63,879 nt of DNA, filler included, from Octopus bimaculoides (GCF_001194135.2; 6 parts of 6 records of this genome joined end to end with filler, not necessarily neighbours in it); one strand, 5' to 3'; positions 1-11,713 are shown, counted from the first letter of the whole stretch. Numbers and translations: made by a program. Notes: generated by a model from the sequence alone, not told the origin.

Positions 1-565
1 CCAGTATTTACACTGGACAATATGTCAGTATTATAAATTCAAAACCGCTGACAAATGGTATAAACACCATCCTGAAGCTGTGACTGAGGGAGAAAATGTA
101 TCGATTCTCTGGGACTTCCCCGTACATACCGACAAGACTATAAAAGCTAATAAACCAGATATTATTATAAGACTTGCTAATAGAAATTGAAAAAATGTGG
201 CACCTCAAGACGACTACCATACCAGTGATTGTAGGATCTCTAGGAATGATAAAAAAAGGTACTGAAACCTATTTGAAAATGATACCAGGCTTACCATCCC
301 TACAGGAAGTGCAAAAAATCGTGCTAACTGGAACGACTCATGTACTGATAAGAGCATTATCGCTGTGAAAACAACATCCATTCATGAATTTTTGTTTTTT
401 TTGTTTTGTTTTCTTAAATACGTGTTTTACCTGTGAATTTACGTGTGTAAACTGGGAGTGCATACAACGAGTTTCTCTGCCCTAGGTGTACAGAAAACAC
501 TCGGCGAGAAATGGAAGACAATTTGAAGAAAGAAGAAAAAAAAACAACATAATAATAATAATAAT
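1..565 (+). mobile_element. R4/Dong-like non-LTR retrotransposon, 3' end (REL endonuclease remnant + 3' UTR + (TAA)n tail)
   Basis: Reads ILWDFPVHTDKTIKANKPDIII then IEKMWHLKTTTIPVIVGSLGMIKKG...LQEVQKIVLTGTTHVLIRALSL* (ORF 174-368), matching the R4-clade PD-(D/E)xK domain C-terminus; ends in a TAA repeat at ~550-565. Confidence 0.8.
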
Positions 566-774
566 GCAAAAACTGGACGTTTCTCCTGTCGTGCTATTAT
601 TAGGTACAAAAGTATTGCTGAAATGAACTTTTTTTCTAGGTTTGTATACAAATATCTACACAGAGCATTTCAATATGTAGTAAACATCCTAATTAAAAAC
701 GAAGAAACTTTAAACATGAATTCTGGTGACCTTGAGAGAAATCGTTTAGCACTATCAATTAGAGAGAACGTAGC

Positions 775-975
775 AAGCTAGCAGAATAATTTGACACCGG
801 GCTTGATGCTTAGTGGCACTTCATCCATCTTTACGTCATGAGTTCAATTTTCACCGAGGTCGACTTTTGCTACCCTCCATTCGGAATCGATTGAAATAAA
901 TGCCAGTTGAGCACTAGGTTCGATGTAATCATCTTACACACTACCATAACATTGCTGGCCTTCTGCTAAAATTGG
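775..975 (+). mobile_element. Degenerate tRNA-derived SINE (octopus OR1/OR2-like family)
   Basis: Diverged match to the copy at 9174-9390 (gctagcagaat...atgcttagtggc...gagttcaa...gaggtcgacttt). Confidence 0.6.
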
Positions 976-1031
976 GATCCACTCAGATCCGTACCCGAAT
1001 TGTTCACAATTGCTGAAAGCATTGCGTTAAC

Positions 1032-1170
1032 CTGATGGAAATCATTCTGATAAAACTCTGATAAAAATCATTCAATATTTGATATCTGCAAAGACAGTCC
1101 CAGCAATGCAATAAACAGTATTGAACATTTCATGGGTGCCCAAACATAGCATTCTCCTTACTTCCAGTTT
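1032..1170 (-). pseudogene. Candidate exon encoding a signal-peptide-like N-terminus with an in-frame TGA
   Basis: Acceptor tttattttag at 1172-1171; ATG 1133-1131: MKCSILFIALLGLSLQISNIE*FLSEFYQNDFHQ; weak donor CAG|gttaac at 1031; upstream donor TTG|gtaaga at 1262 defines a 92-nt intron. Confidence 0.25.
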
Positions 1171-3044
1171 CTAAAATAAAAATATTTAATCGTAGTTAAA
1201 GAAACATAACAACGCCAAATACATATAAAGACGAGGCCTAACAATATAAATTGCACTCTTACCAAATGCTGAAGTTGAGGAGGAGATCTCTGTAGTTAGC
1301 TGTGTGCATAAAGAGTGATTGTATTGTGTGTCTGTCCACAATATTTCAGTACTTATCAAAGATCGTTTAGCTGTTTGTATGTGTCAGCGTGTGCCTCTCT
1401 CTACCATTATAAAATTTACAGTTTTGTAACGTTTTCATTTACCTAAGGGACATACAAAATTATATAATTATTGATAAATTACTAAAGTAATATTTCAAAC
1501 TTGAGCGGGAATATATTTTATTGCAGTCTGGAGAAAAACTGTTTCGTTAGAAAATCCTGGCGAAATGGTCTGTATTTTGGCGTAATATCAGATGTGTTGC
1601 AGCATGTATAATCGTCTGCCGATGCTCTCAAACCCTCTTCGCTAACTCAAAATTGGCCATAGTGACACTATAACTTGCTTTATAAATACTATCGATATTA
1701 GTGAAAATAAAATATAAATCCGCAAATACATCTCCAAACACTCATGCGTACATGAATATATGCCACCATATATATTTACATATATGTAACTATGTTTATA
1801 TCTACACACTCACGCACACACACATATATATACACATATACATACATAGATGAATGAATATGTAAGCACATATTCATTCGGTCGTAAGCACATATTCAAC
1901 AGTTTGGGACTACTGTTGCTTCATGTGGGGATGAAGAATTCATACTTAGTACATATTTTTAGTCTGGAACTTGTGCTAAGTACATGTTTTTTGCTGAACC
2001 ACTATTTTTCTGGGATTCAAAGAGGCCAAAATTCATTTACACGATGCAGTCAAACGAACGAAAAGAAATGCTCACTATACACGCGCATACGCAAATGTGC
2101 ACTCACACACGCGCGCATGTATAAGCGTGCACGCAGTCACACACACGCGCGCGAACGCACGCAATCACATAGGCTATGTATATAATTTCCTAATTTACAT
2201 TCTCGGTATTAAGTTAATTTAAAAAATTTCCATCATCTTTATCTCTTCTCTTCTTTTTTTCGTTATTCTTGTTTCATTTTCTTAACGGCGTGCACTCTAA
2301 CTTATTCCTTACTACTTTCTTCTCTTTCTACTTGATCTACTATTTCCCTTAGGGTATTTGCACATTTCACTACCATACGGATTTAAAAGTAACCTGAGCG
2401 CCAACCAAAATTTTCGATTTAATTATTTTGGCTTTGAGGAATGTTCCGTGTATTCTCTATTCTTACTTTATACGTTAAAATCACAAAACAGCATTGTATC
2501 ACAATCGACTTAATGCAATGATCTGGCTATATTTTATTACTACTTGCAATCTTATTTACTAAATTAACTGCATGAATTCACTTATCCAGATAAACACATT
2601 TTATTTGAATCAAATTATTTATTACATTCATTTTAACGTATATTTAATTTTACGAGGGATTTTTATTACACCACATACTTTCCTTAACATTTTGTGATAC
2701 CATGAAATTAATTAATTAATTTTTCCAAACAATTAATCAATTAAATTTCCATCTACTTTAAATTCATTCCCCCCGATACGTAAACATTTGTTCACCTCAT
2801 TGTAAATATCTGGGAAACAATTATGATATTTGAAACTCATTCAAAATATCAGGAAACTGTAACCCTATAAATTAGCTGCAAAGTTATTGCTATTTCTACC
2901 ACGATTACGATTGAGTAGGTAGTTGATCGTATTTGTTATTCCTGATGAAAGTAGAACTGGAATGCATATATATATATATTTATATATATATATATATGGA
3001 AAAAAGTCAAGGAAGAAAATGCTAAAATAATTTTATAAAAAACA

Positions 3045-3810
3045 TTTCAGTACCGGTTTCGGTCATTGAAACTTTTTCAACTGTAAGTATGGAAAGCAAT
3101 TACATTTCGGAAAAATTAAAAGAAAAGTTTTTAAAAGAATATATGCAAAGTATTCAAATACAAGGGGCATTTTCTTTGTTTCTGCCTGTCTCTGTCTCTC
3201 TTGTTTACGCTCTTCTGCTAAAAAAGTTTACATTCACCCTGCTAAAAAAGGACCACAGAATGAACTTAATCTTCCAAACACACACCAACATAAACAGCAA
3301 GAGACAACCCAAATCTATGAAAAGTCTCCTAACAAAACCACGAATACGCTCAACAACAACACAGAAGCCGGCAGGAAAAACATGCGGAAGACCAAACTGT
3401 GGGATATGCGTCAATTTCATTGAGGCATCAGAGTTCTTCTTCAAATAGAGACAACGTTTCACAGTGAAAAGCGGCTTCACATGTGCTTCGGAGAACCTGA
3501 TATACGCACTAACTTGCTCTGGGTGTCAAGAGCAATACATAGGCTAAACAAAAACAGTCTATGTCAAAGGATCGCTCTGCACAGATCCCAGATCAAAATT
3601 CACCAAAACAGAAAAATAGCATTCAGCCAACACATCGACATTTGCGCAAATAACAAAAATCGAAGCTTCAGAATTTTCCCCCTCTACCAATTCAGGGATG
3701 ATACAACTTGTAGTCAACGAATTTGTAAAGAGACTCTCTTTATTACAAAATACAGACCCCTTTTGAACGCATCTACAACAAACGACATATTCACCACGGC
3801 CTTAGAATAG
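3045..3810 (+). mobile_element. Penelope-like element, GIY-YIG endonuclease fragment (frameshifted)
   Basis: CGRPNCGIC zinc knuckle, then FTCASENLIYALTCSGCQEQYIG*TKNSLCQRIALHRSQI...SQH...ETLFITKYRPLLN across ORFs 3089-3448 and 3481-3810; antisense hammerhead-like motif at 3048-3083. Confidence 0.85.
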
Positions 3811-4329
3811 CAAAAACACACACGCACATATTAAAAATAATACCTTCAATGGATATCCAACAATTCATTAAAAAGCTATCCACATCCTTGCTATCCACAA
3901 CGAGCCACTTTTAGTTCACTTAACCATTTAACATCCTACTACTATCTGGCACTCCCAGCTGCTATAGCCAATTAACTGTGAAGTGACACTACTTAAGTTT
4001 CAACTGACCAATAGTGGGGAAGGGCGCGTAATTTTGGCACGTGCTCTCTCTAGGCCTACCTTCCAACAGAGTTGCTTGAATTTCAACTCCATCAGCCAGA
4101 GCCGACTAGCTGTCAAACCTTTGAACCATGGAGAAGTGGGACAGACAATGTTCCCTCGGCTGACTTGTCAAGTAGCAACGCTGTTTAAGTGTCAGCCAGC
4201 TTCACTTGGTGACGTTATTTCTCTGTCGGCATGTTATGTCTTTCGAGCCATTTCGAGTCTTCTCGCTTCAGCCATATATATAAGCTGAACTTTTCGACTG
4301 CTTACTGTATCCTCCTTATTAGTTTTTTT

Positions 4330-5300
4330 CAGCTCCACGAAGGGAAATTGAAATCTTCTTTTAAGTAGCATCATCATTTTCCTTTCAATAAAGCCTCTCG
4401 CCCCCACTGCCAAGTGGTAATACTCGACAGCCCACCCCTGTTCCCTGCACTCTTCTATTAATCTCTTATACCTCTTCTTCTTCCGTCGCTCTGCATTAGC
4501 AATGTCCTATTCCCACGGCACTGTCCGCTCTATCAAAATTCCAGTTTACTGTTCCAAAGGATTAAGTCCGGTCTTTTTGTTGTTATTATGAATGGGAATA
4601 TTACTTGTCTTTCCAAATCCGAGGCCGGCTCCCAGTATCATTTCCATCTTTCGTCTGACTCGTATACTTTTCTGGACCTGGTCTTATGTCCTTTTCCCTC
4701 CTTCTGGAAGTATATTCTACCTCGCTTTTCCACTTTCTTGTACACTCTCTTATTGTACTCCTCGATCTTATCGTTGAATGCTGTGCTTATAAAACCGAGG
4801 ACTTGGTTGTGACTCCGTGTATATCTTCCAGTGCCAGCCTACATTTTGAGAGGACATTTCTCACCGTCGCTTTCTCTCCGCATTTATATTCAACAGCCGT
4901 TTTTTTGTTCCACCGGACTAAGTTGGCCGGTGACGGCAAAACGTCGAAGGTAGACTTGATTAGGAAAGATGTTCTTGCTTGTTCCTAAGCCCAAATTTCT
5001 TTCCACGTGATTTGCGATTGACCACATATTCCTCCCAGCTTAGTCACTGTCCCCAGTGACTACACTGCACCAAATGTACATCTCGTCTTTCTTTTTCCTC
5101 TTTGAGACTATTCCGTCCCAAGTCATTATAAATCGTATTATTTTAACCTTATATCCATTCATCTGTTTAGTTTCTTTTGAAAGTGTATTACACTTTTGTA
5201 ATTTTGTTATTTTGACTTCGTTCAGTTTTTTTTTTTTGTCGATGTTATACCAGTTTCGATTATTATTGTTATTTATCTTTCATGGTCAAAAATTGTAATA
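4330..5300 (-). mobile_element. HERO-like (R2 group, REL endonuclease) non-LTR retrotransposon remnant
   Basis: Minus-strand broken frames read FLIKSTFDVLPSPAN, CGEKATVRNVLSKCRLAL, H/NQVL, TTKRPDLILWNSK, IERTVPWE, RKKKRYKRLIEECREQGWAVEYYHLAVGARGF. Confidence 0.7.
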
Positions 5301-5819
5301 TCTGGCTTATTGTTTTCTGTATGGTTCGGTGTTATTACTGGGCTATCAACTAAAATCTTAACCTTTTCACTTGTAACCTTTTCTATTTGCACGTTCCTGA
5401 TTTTCTGGTTTTTGATATGTTATATTGCTGTAGTAGGTTTGCAAAGATTATCTTGGTTATCTCACCGCGTCTCTCTTTATATCTTATGTGTGCTATTTTT
5501 CCACTTTGTATTGCCATATGTTCGATATTTCCTTTGTTTTTTACAATATCTGCATGCCTTTTTTCTTCCATAGTAGTTGTTTCTGTCTTGTAAATACTGT
5601 ATAATATCTTTATATGACTTTGAGTATTTGCTTTGTTTCATGAATACCAATGAGTCTCTTTCTGATACTGCTTACCCATTCAGGTGTTTAAAGTATTCAT
5701 CGTCTATTTTGTTGTGTGATTGTTCCTTAATGATTTTTCTTCCTCGTGTTTTTTGTAGTCATTGACATTATTGATGTTTTATATGCATTCTGTTTTTATT
5801 TTCATAACATCGTGACCCA

Positions 5820-5844
5820 TATAATAATAATAATAATAATAATC

Positions 5845-5914
<70 letters not shown>

Positions 5915-5931
5915 CAACAATAATGATAATT
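5820..5931. repeat. (ATA)n microsatellite
   Basis: Directly visible trinucleotide run, grading into (ACA)n. Confidence 0.95.
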
Positions 5932-5938
5932 TCAACCA

Positions 5939-6064
5939 TAGTGAAATTTACCATGGCGGAATATAACGTAGTGGAATTTACTTATGGTAAAATTTACCTG
6001 GTGGAATTTTCCGTGGTGGAATTTACCGCGGTGGAATTTACCGCGGTGGAATTTACCGGTCACC
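5939..6064. repeat. ~15-bp tandem repeat GGTGGAATTTACCGC (about 8 diverged units)
   Basis: Units become more homogeneous toward the 3' end (ggtggaatttaccgc repeated) and finish with ggtcacca. Confidence 0.8.
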
Positions 6065-7926
6065 ATATATGTATATAATTATATGTGTATATATGTATAT
6101 ATATATATGCAAACACACGTATATATGTATACATATATGTATATGTTTATATATGTATATATGTATGCATATATATTGTATATATATACATACATACATA
6201 CATACATATATATATNNNNNNNNNNNNNNNNNNNNNNNNNNNNNNNNNNNNNNNNNNNNNNNNNNNNNNNNNNNNNNNNNNNNNNNNNNNNNNNNNNNNN
6301 NNNNNNNNNNNNNNNNNNNNNNNNNNNNNNNNNNNNNNNNNNNNNNNTATATATAAATTGGCACACACACGCAAACGCACACGCACATTTGGAAACAGCA
6401 ATATATCTGTATGTAACATTAAAATAAGATTCGAGAAAACCTCCCGTGGCCTTAAAGATTAAAAGAAGCAACTTTATTTTCGTTCTGTAGCCAGGCACGA
6501 AATTTCTGCATGTCAGAAATTATATTCTCACTAATATTTTTTTGCAATAGTGAAGTGCATTTTATTTGTATTTTATCATGGAACAGCTAACGGAGACAAA
6601 TACATTCATACAAATATTGAAAATAAATTCAGTTGTAACTCTTGAATTTTAGATGACCAGTTTAACAGGTTATTTTGGTTATATTAGGTCTTCATTGATA
6701 ACAACGCTTATATCATTCTCTCGGGCAGCCTTTCCTTTTTTTTTCTTTCAATATCTATCCCTTTCCCAGAAGAATTTTTATCGCGCGAATATGTTAATGA
6801 TTTCACTGGTCACGGCAATCGACTCACTGGATACTTCTGCGAATTTTTCTACGACTTTATGCTAGTATGTTTGGCAATTGCTATGCGAATGACTGTTTCA
6901 TGAAGACGACATGACATTTATTCGAATAGCAATAGTGGAGCATGCACATAACATCAGACAACACAAGGTCTTGAATATACAAGATTTCAATATGACGTCA
7001 ACTTCTTGTAGAGAATCACCAAAGAGAAGACATTCTCATTGCTATATTATAAATCTCACGGACAACATGCTTAAATAATAAACCGCCTTTTCTGGCTCTT
7101 ACTCGGATATAATGACAGGAATGTTGGAATTTATGGCCAGTAACAGAAAATAATGAAGTTATTTTGAAATTTGCTGGAACACCATTGACTTATAAAGATT
7201 CTTTGTCTGATATATATTGATTAGTTGTCTGCGTTAAGCTGTGTTGCAGAAGTCTGATTTATGATGATCGGATGCTGCGTTAGATAACGTTTACTTCTTC
7301 CTTTCCTATTTCTATTGATAACAAGAATATGTAATGCTTACGACAGAGTGAACAATTGATAGAAAATAAGGTTGTAAACATATCTTGTTTCTTTCAGTGT
7401 TGCTCTCTCCCTAATGTATGTTCTATTCTCATTTTCCAGTTGCTAGACATGCATTCGTAAATATATATGTATAAAAAATTACTACATAAATCTTAATGGT
7501 TTAAAATTGTATATGATAATGTATAAAAATCATCATCAGTATTTTTCAATCTGTTTACTCATAAGCAGCTTTCTAAACATAACATACGCATGCAGTACAA
7601 TATCTGGTAACATAAGAATTCTTACCACTGAAAATGGAATTGATTGTAATAAATATAAATTGAATTGATTAATTGGAGACGTAGAACTGTAATGTACTAC
7701 CAAAGATATTGTATACGAAGAATATATGTACTAGAATTAAAGCGATCAATTGAATCAAATTTCCACAATGGCACATCGATTTGTATACGTTTCTCTCTGA
7801 TTAATCAAGAAAACCATATCATTTTGCTCTGAGCTAATACATACACCGTGGATAAAGGATGGTTTATGAATGTGAATCTAAGTGTGATTGCCAGATATTT
7901 ATTATTATGGATGTCTTTATTTTCAG

Positions 7927-8059
7927 GAGCATGTTTTATTGAAAATAAGCAGTAGTTAGTCTTTCAATAGTATATAGGCTTTCTCACTGGCTTAAAACTA
8001 TGAAGAGTTTTGTTTATGTTTGCAACGACATTTAATGAAAATTTCCAGGTTTCAGTACT

Positions 8060-8104
<45 letters not shown>

Positions 8105-8247
8105 NNNNNNNNNNNNNNNNNNNNNNNNNNNNNNNNNNNNNNNNNNNNNNNNNNNNNNNNNNNNNNNNNNNNNNNNNNNNNNNNNNNNNNNNNNNNNNNN
8201 NNNNNNNNNNNNNNNNNNNNNNNNNNNNNNNNNNNNNNNNNNNNNNN

Positions 8248-8284
<37 letters not shown>

Positions 8285-8409
8285 ATGAATCGACGTTCAT
8301 GTTTTATCTGCACTAAACCTTGATCATAGTAACAAAACAAAAAGTTAAAAAAGCAACATTAATTGGTCTCTTTTATTTCCCAGCTGTCAGGACAATTATT
8401 GCATGAGAG
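7927..8409 (+). pseudogene. Possible decayed EGF-like exon pair (7927-8062, 8384-8409)
   Basis: ttttcag|GA GCA TGT: GACFIENKQ*LVFQ*YIGFLTGLKL*...SVL|gtatat (phase 1 to 2); ttttatttcccag|C TGT CAG GAC AAT TAT TGC ATG AGA G|gtatct = CQDNYCMR(G) (phase 2 to 1). Three stops in the first exon. Confidence 0.2.
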
Positions 8410-8599
8410 GTATCTGTCACAAGCAGAGCGACAGAGAGGAGAGATAGAGAAAAAAGGGAGAGAGAACGATAGACAGATAAGCAGAAATAAGATGTTATAG
8501 ATACGGAGGGTACAAGTAGGGAGAGCGTGTACGTGTATTTGTGTGTGCGTGTGAATGTGAATGTGAATGCATATGCAGAATACTCCACCAGTTTCATTT

Positions 8600-8926
8600 G
8601 GCTCTGTTTTGTGTATGTTGGCATGACATATGATAGAAATGAACTAATGTGGAAGGTGAGACAGGTACTGGAGAAAGCGAAACTTCCCAAACCAAACATC
8701 ACTAAGGAAGAAAAGTTCGCTATCAAAAGGCTACAAGGAGACAGTTCCATCATAGTTCTCCCAGCGGACAAGGGAAATGCTACAGTGGTGATGAACAAGT
8801 CTGACTACTCCGAAAAATTGGCAAGTCTTATAAGTGATGGTAGCTACAGTAGAGTAAAGAAAGACCCAACTCTGAAAACAGAGAGGAAGTTGTCACAGAT
8901 CTTGATCAAGAACAAGGATCACTTCA
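8600..8926 (+). mobile_element. Penelope-like element reverse transcriptase N-terminal fragment
   Basis: KPNITKEEKFAIKRLQGDSSIIVLPADKGNATVVMNKSDYSEKL...YSRVKKDPT carries the PLE DKG motif; truncated by the assembly join. Confidence 0.85.
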
Positions 8927-9026
8927 NNNNNNNNNNNNNNNNNNNNNNNNNNNNNNNNNNNNNNNNNNNNTTAATTAATTAANNNNNNNNNNNNNNNNNN
9001 NNNNNNNNNNNNNNNNNNNNNNNNNN
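8927..9026. other. Assembly join spacer (44 N + TTAATTAATTAA + 44 N)
   Basis: Linker at 8971-8982; identical design at four other sites; it contains stops in all six frames. Confidence 0.9.
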
Positions 9027-9173
9027 ATATATATATATACACACACACATATTAAGCAATTGGTGTTGGTTTGCTTAGGTTTCCGCAATGTGACCCACCA
9101 ATGGTATTAGTACCAGATTTTTAAACATGCAAGAGAACTACTGTCTTGATCTTGTTCAATTCCTTCCAACCTC

Positions 9174-9390
9174 AAGGCAGCGAGCTGGCAGAAACGTTAG
9201 CACGCCGGGCGAAATGCTTAGCGGTATTTCGTCTGCTGTGACGTTCTGAGTTCAAATTCCGCCTATGTCGACTTTGCCTTTCATCCTTTCGGAACCAATC
9301 AAAAGTAAGTACCAGTTGAGTACTGGGGTTGATGTAATCGACTTGCCCCCTCCCCCCCAATTTCAGGCCTTGTGCCAATAGTAGAAAGGT
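9174..9390 (+). mobile_element. tRNA-derived SINE (octopus OR1/OR2-like family), near full length
   Basis: aaggcagcgagctggcagaa (A-box-like) ... gagttcaaattcc (B-box-like) ... gtcgactttgcctttcatcc ... ggccttgtgcc; more than 12 copies in the window. Family name assigned from recall. Confidence 0.8.
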
Positions 9391-9429
9391 TGATTAGTAA
9401 TTAATGATTATTATTACTAATTAGTAGTC

Positions 9430-9650
9430 CACCACACGTCCCGTCCTTGATGTGGTGTGATGGCTTGGGTGGCTCAATGAATCTAAGAGTTAAATCAGCG
9501 GAGAGCAAGCTCCTTGATTGACCTCCCATGCTGGACAGCTCAAAGGATGGAGGCCAGAATGATATGGAACCCCTATTCGCAGGGGTTAAAATGGGTTTGC
9601 TTTAGGGTTAACAGTCCTACCAAGGAAAAAAAAAGCAAGGTTACAGAAGT
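9430..9650 (+). mobile_element. RTE-clade LINE 5' UTR-like remnant
   Basis: gatggcttgggtggctcaatgaatctaagag...ctcccatgctggacagctcaaagg...aacagtcctacc resembles RTE 5' ends (recall only). Confidence 0.35.
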
Positions 9651-9679
9651 AACGATAATATTTCACAATCAATAAAATA

Positions 9680-9870
9680 GGCGCAGGTGTGGTTGTGTGG
9701 AAAAAAGATTGCTTCTCAACCACATGGTTCTGGGTTCAGTCCCACTGCGTGGCACCGTGGCCAAATGTCTTCTACTATAGCCTTGGGCTGATCAGAGCCT
9801 TGTGAGTAAAATTGGTAAGCAGAAACAGAAAGAAGGCCATCACACACACACGCACACACACACACGTATA
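9680..9870 (+). mobile_element. Second tRNA-derived SINE family (5' part)
   Basis: aggcgcaggtgtggttgtgtgg...gggttcagtcccactgcgtggcacc...tcttctactatagcc; other copies at ~11330-11400(-), 35700-35790(-), 37880-38260(-), 48380-48520(+). Confidence 0.75.
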
Positions 9871-10059
9871 GTAATAACAGTAATAACCTTTATATGGAAT
9901 TTATAAATACTTTAGTGTATCGCTACGCGTGTTTCCACAACACACAGACCGGACCGGGAATCGAACTCACTGCCTCATGATTGTGAGCCCGATTCTATAA
10001 CTGCTGAGCCATGAGCCATAACGGCGCAGGGGAGGCTTAATCATACCAACAATAACGAC

Positions 10060-10822
10060 TCTGCTACCAGCCATAATCACCATGACGATGACGGCGATGA
10101 CCACCACCACCACCACCACTGCCACCGCGTCCAACACTACTACTCCCACCATCACCCAGTAGAATTATCACCATCAATAAGTGCCTCTATCGCCTCTACC
10201 ACCTCTACTGTCACTAACACCCCAACTCCTACAACCACGTTGACGACGACGACGATGCCGACCAGTGCTATCTTCTCCACTGCCACCACCTCCATTACCA
10301 CCTCAACCACCACCATCACTACCACCACCACCACAACCATCACCGTCACCACCACAGCAACCACCACCACCACCACCACCATCTTTTTCCCCATCATCGC
10401 CACCGATAAGAACACCTCCACCACCACCACCACCATCATCACCACCACCGTNNNNNNNNNNNNNNNNNNNNNNNNNNNNNNNNNNNNNNNNNNNNNNNNN
10501 NNNNNNNNNNNNNNNNNNNNNNNNNNNNNNNNNNNNNNNNNNNNNNNNNNNNNNNNNNNNNNNNNNNNNNNNNNNNNNNNNNNNNNNNNNNNNNNNNNNN
10601 NNNNNNNNNNNNNNNNNNNNNNNNNNNNNNNNNNNNNNNNNNNNNNNNNNNNNNNNNNNNNNNNNNNNNNNNNNNNNNNNNNNNNNNNNNNNNNNNNNNN
10701 NNNNNNNNNNNNNNNNNNNNNNNNNNNNNNNNNNNNNNNNNNNNNNNNNNNNNNNNNNNNNNNNNNNNNNNNNNNNNNNNNNNNNNNNNNNNNNNNNNNN
10801 NNNNNCATCACCACCACCGTTA
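10060..10822. repeat. Degenerate (ACC/CCA)n microsatellite spanning a gap
   Basis: Poly-Thr, poly-Pro and poly-Val ORFs in several frames; no splice or non-repeat coding context. Confidence 0.85.
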
Positions 10823-10965
10823 ACCGATCATCTCCGGCTAATATAATCACCAAAAGCCCGGCAGGGGTTTCGAGGGACCAGTTTCTGTGTAAAATAGGGA
10901 GAGAAAGCAGGGGAAATAGTTTTTGTTACTTCTACTGATGCTGTGCTTGATGCTGTCGTTGTTGT

Positions 10966-11012
<47 letters not shown>

Positions 11013-11469
11013 CTATCTTTATCGCTATTGTTGTTGTTGTAGATGTCGTTATTGAAATTATCCAGGTGTTAGTGAAGATCCGCAGGTAAGTAAAATGGCC
11101 GACAAAGACAACAATAACACTGATAATTTGTCAAAAAAATTCCCCAAATAACAAACTAACAAGAAAATAGTTTGACGACAACGACATCAGGGTCTTTCCC
11201 CCCAACCCTCGCGCTTCTTTTTTCTCTTTTCCCAGCCCTCTCCCTCACCATTGCTTAATGGAGGGGAGAAAGATATGAGAAAGTAATTAAGCAGACAATT
11301 ATCGTTGTTGTTGCTGTTGTCACGAGGCTTTCGTCGACTTGGGGGTATAGAAGAGAACATTTGCTCTCAAAGTGCCGCGCAGTGGGGTTGAGCCAGCGAC
11401 CTTAACTTTATAGCTATGTTTACGCCCATAAGTAGATAGGAGATAGCAAATATACATAATCCTCTGTAT

Positions 11470-11678
11470 TATGGGCACAAGTCCTGAAAATTGGGGTCGG
11501 GGGATAGTCGATGAAAGCGACCCCAGTGCTCAACTGGTACTTGTTTTATTGACCCCGAAAAGGATGAAAGGCAAAGTTGACCTCGGCTGATTTTGAACTC
11601 AGAACGTGAAGACGGACGAAATGCTACGAAGTATTTCACCCGGCGTGCTAACGACTCTGTCAGCTTGCAGCCTTTTTC

Positions 11679-11713
<35 letters not shown>

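Noticed and set aside
1068-1070. Selenocysteine reading of the in-frame TGA
   Set aside because: No SECIS identifiable, no redox motif context, and no resemblance to known selenoprotein families.
5984-6498. Numerous long Y/I/H/T/C/V-rich ORFs (also 13.7-14.2, 15.9-18.0, 22.1-22.5, 23.5-24.0, 25.1-25.5, 31.3-32.5, 36.1-36.7 kb) and ORFs running through N
   Set aside because: They are translations of (TA)n/(TG)n/(TACA)n microsatellites, or are extended artificially by gaps.
8971-8982. TTAATTAATTAA as a conserved homeodomain-site or regulatory motif
   Set aside because: Always centred in exactly 100 bp of N-padded spacer, so it is an assembly linker.
10240-10938. Thr-rich mucin-like / Pro-rich extensin-like ORF
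   Set aside because: Degenerate (ACC)n repeat open in several frames on both strands, half of it N, with no signal peptide or splice context.
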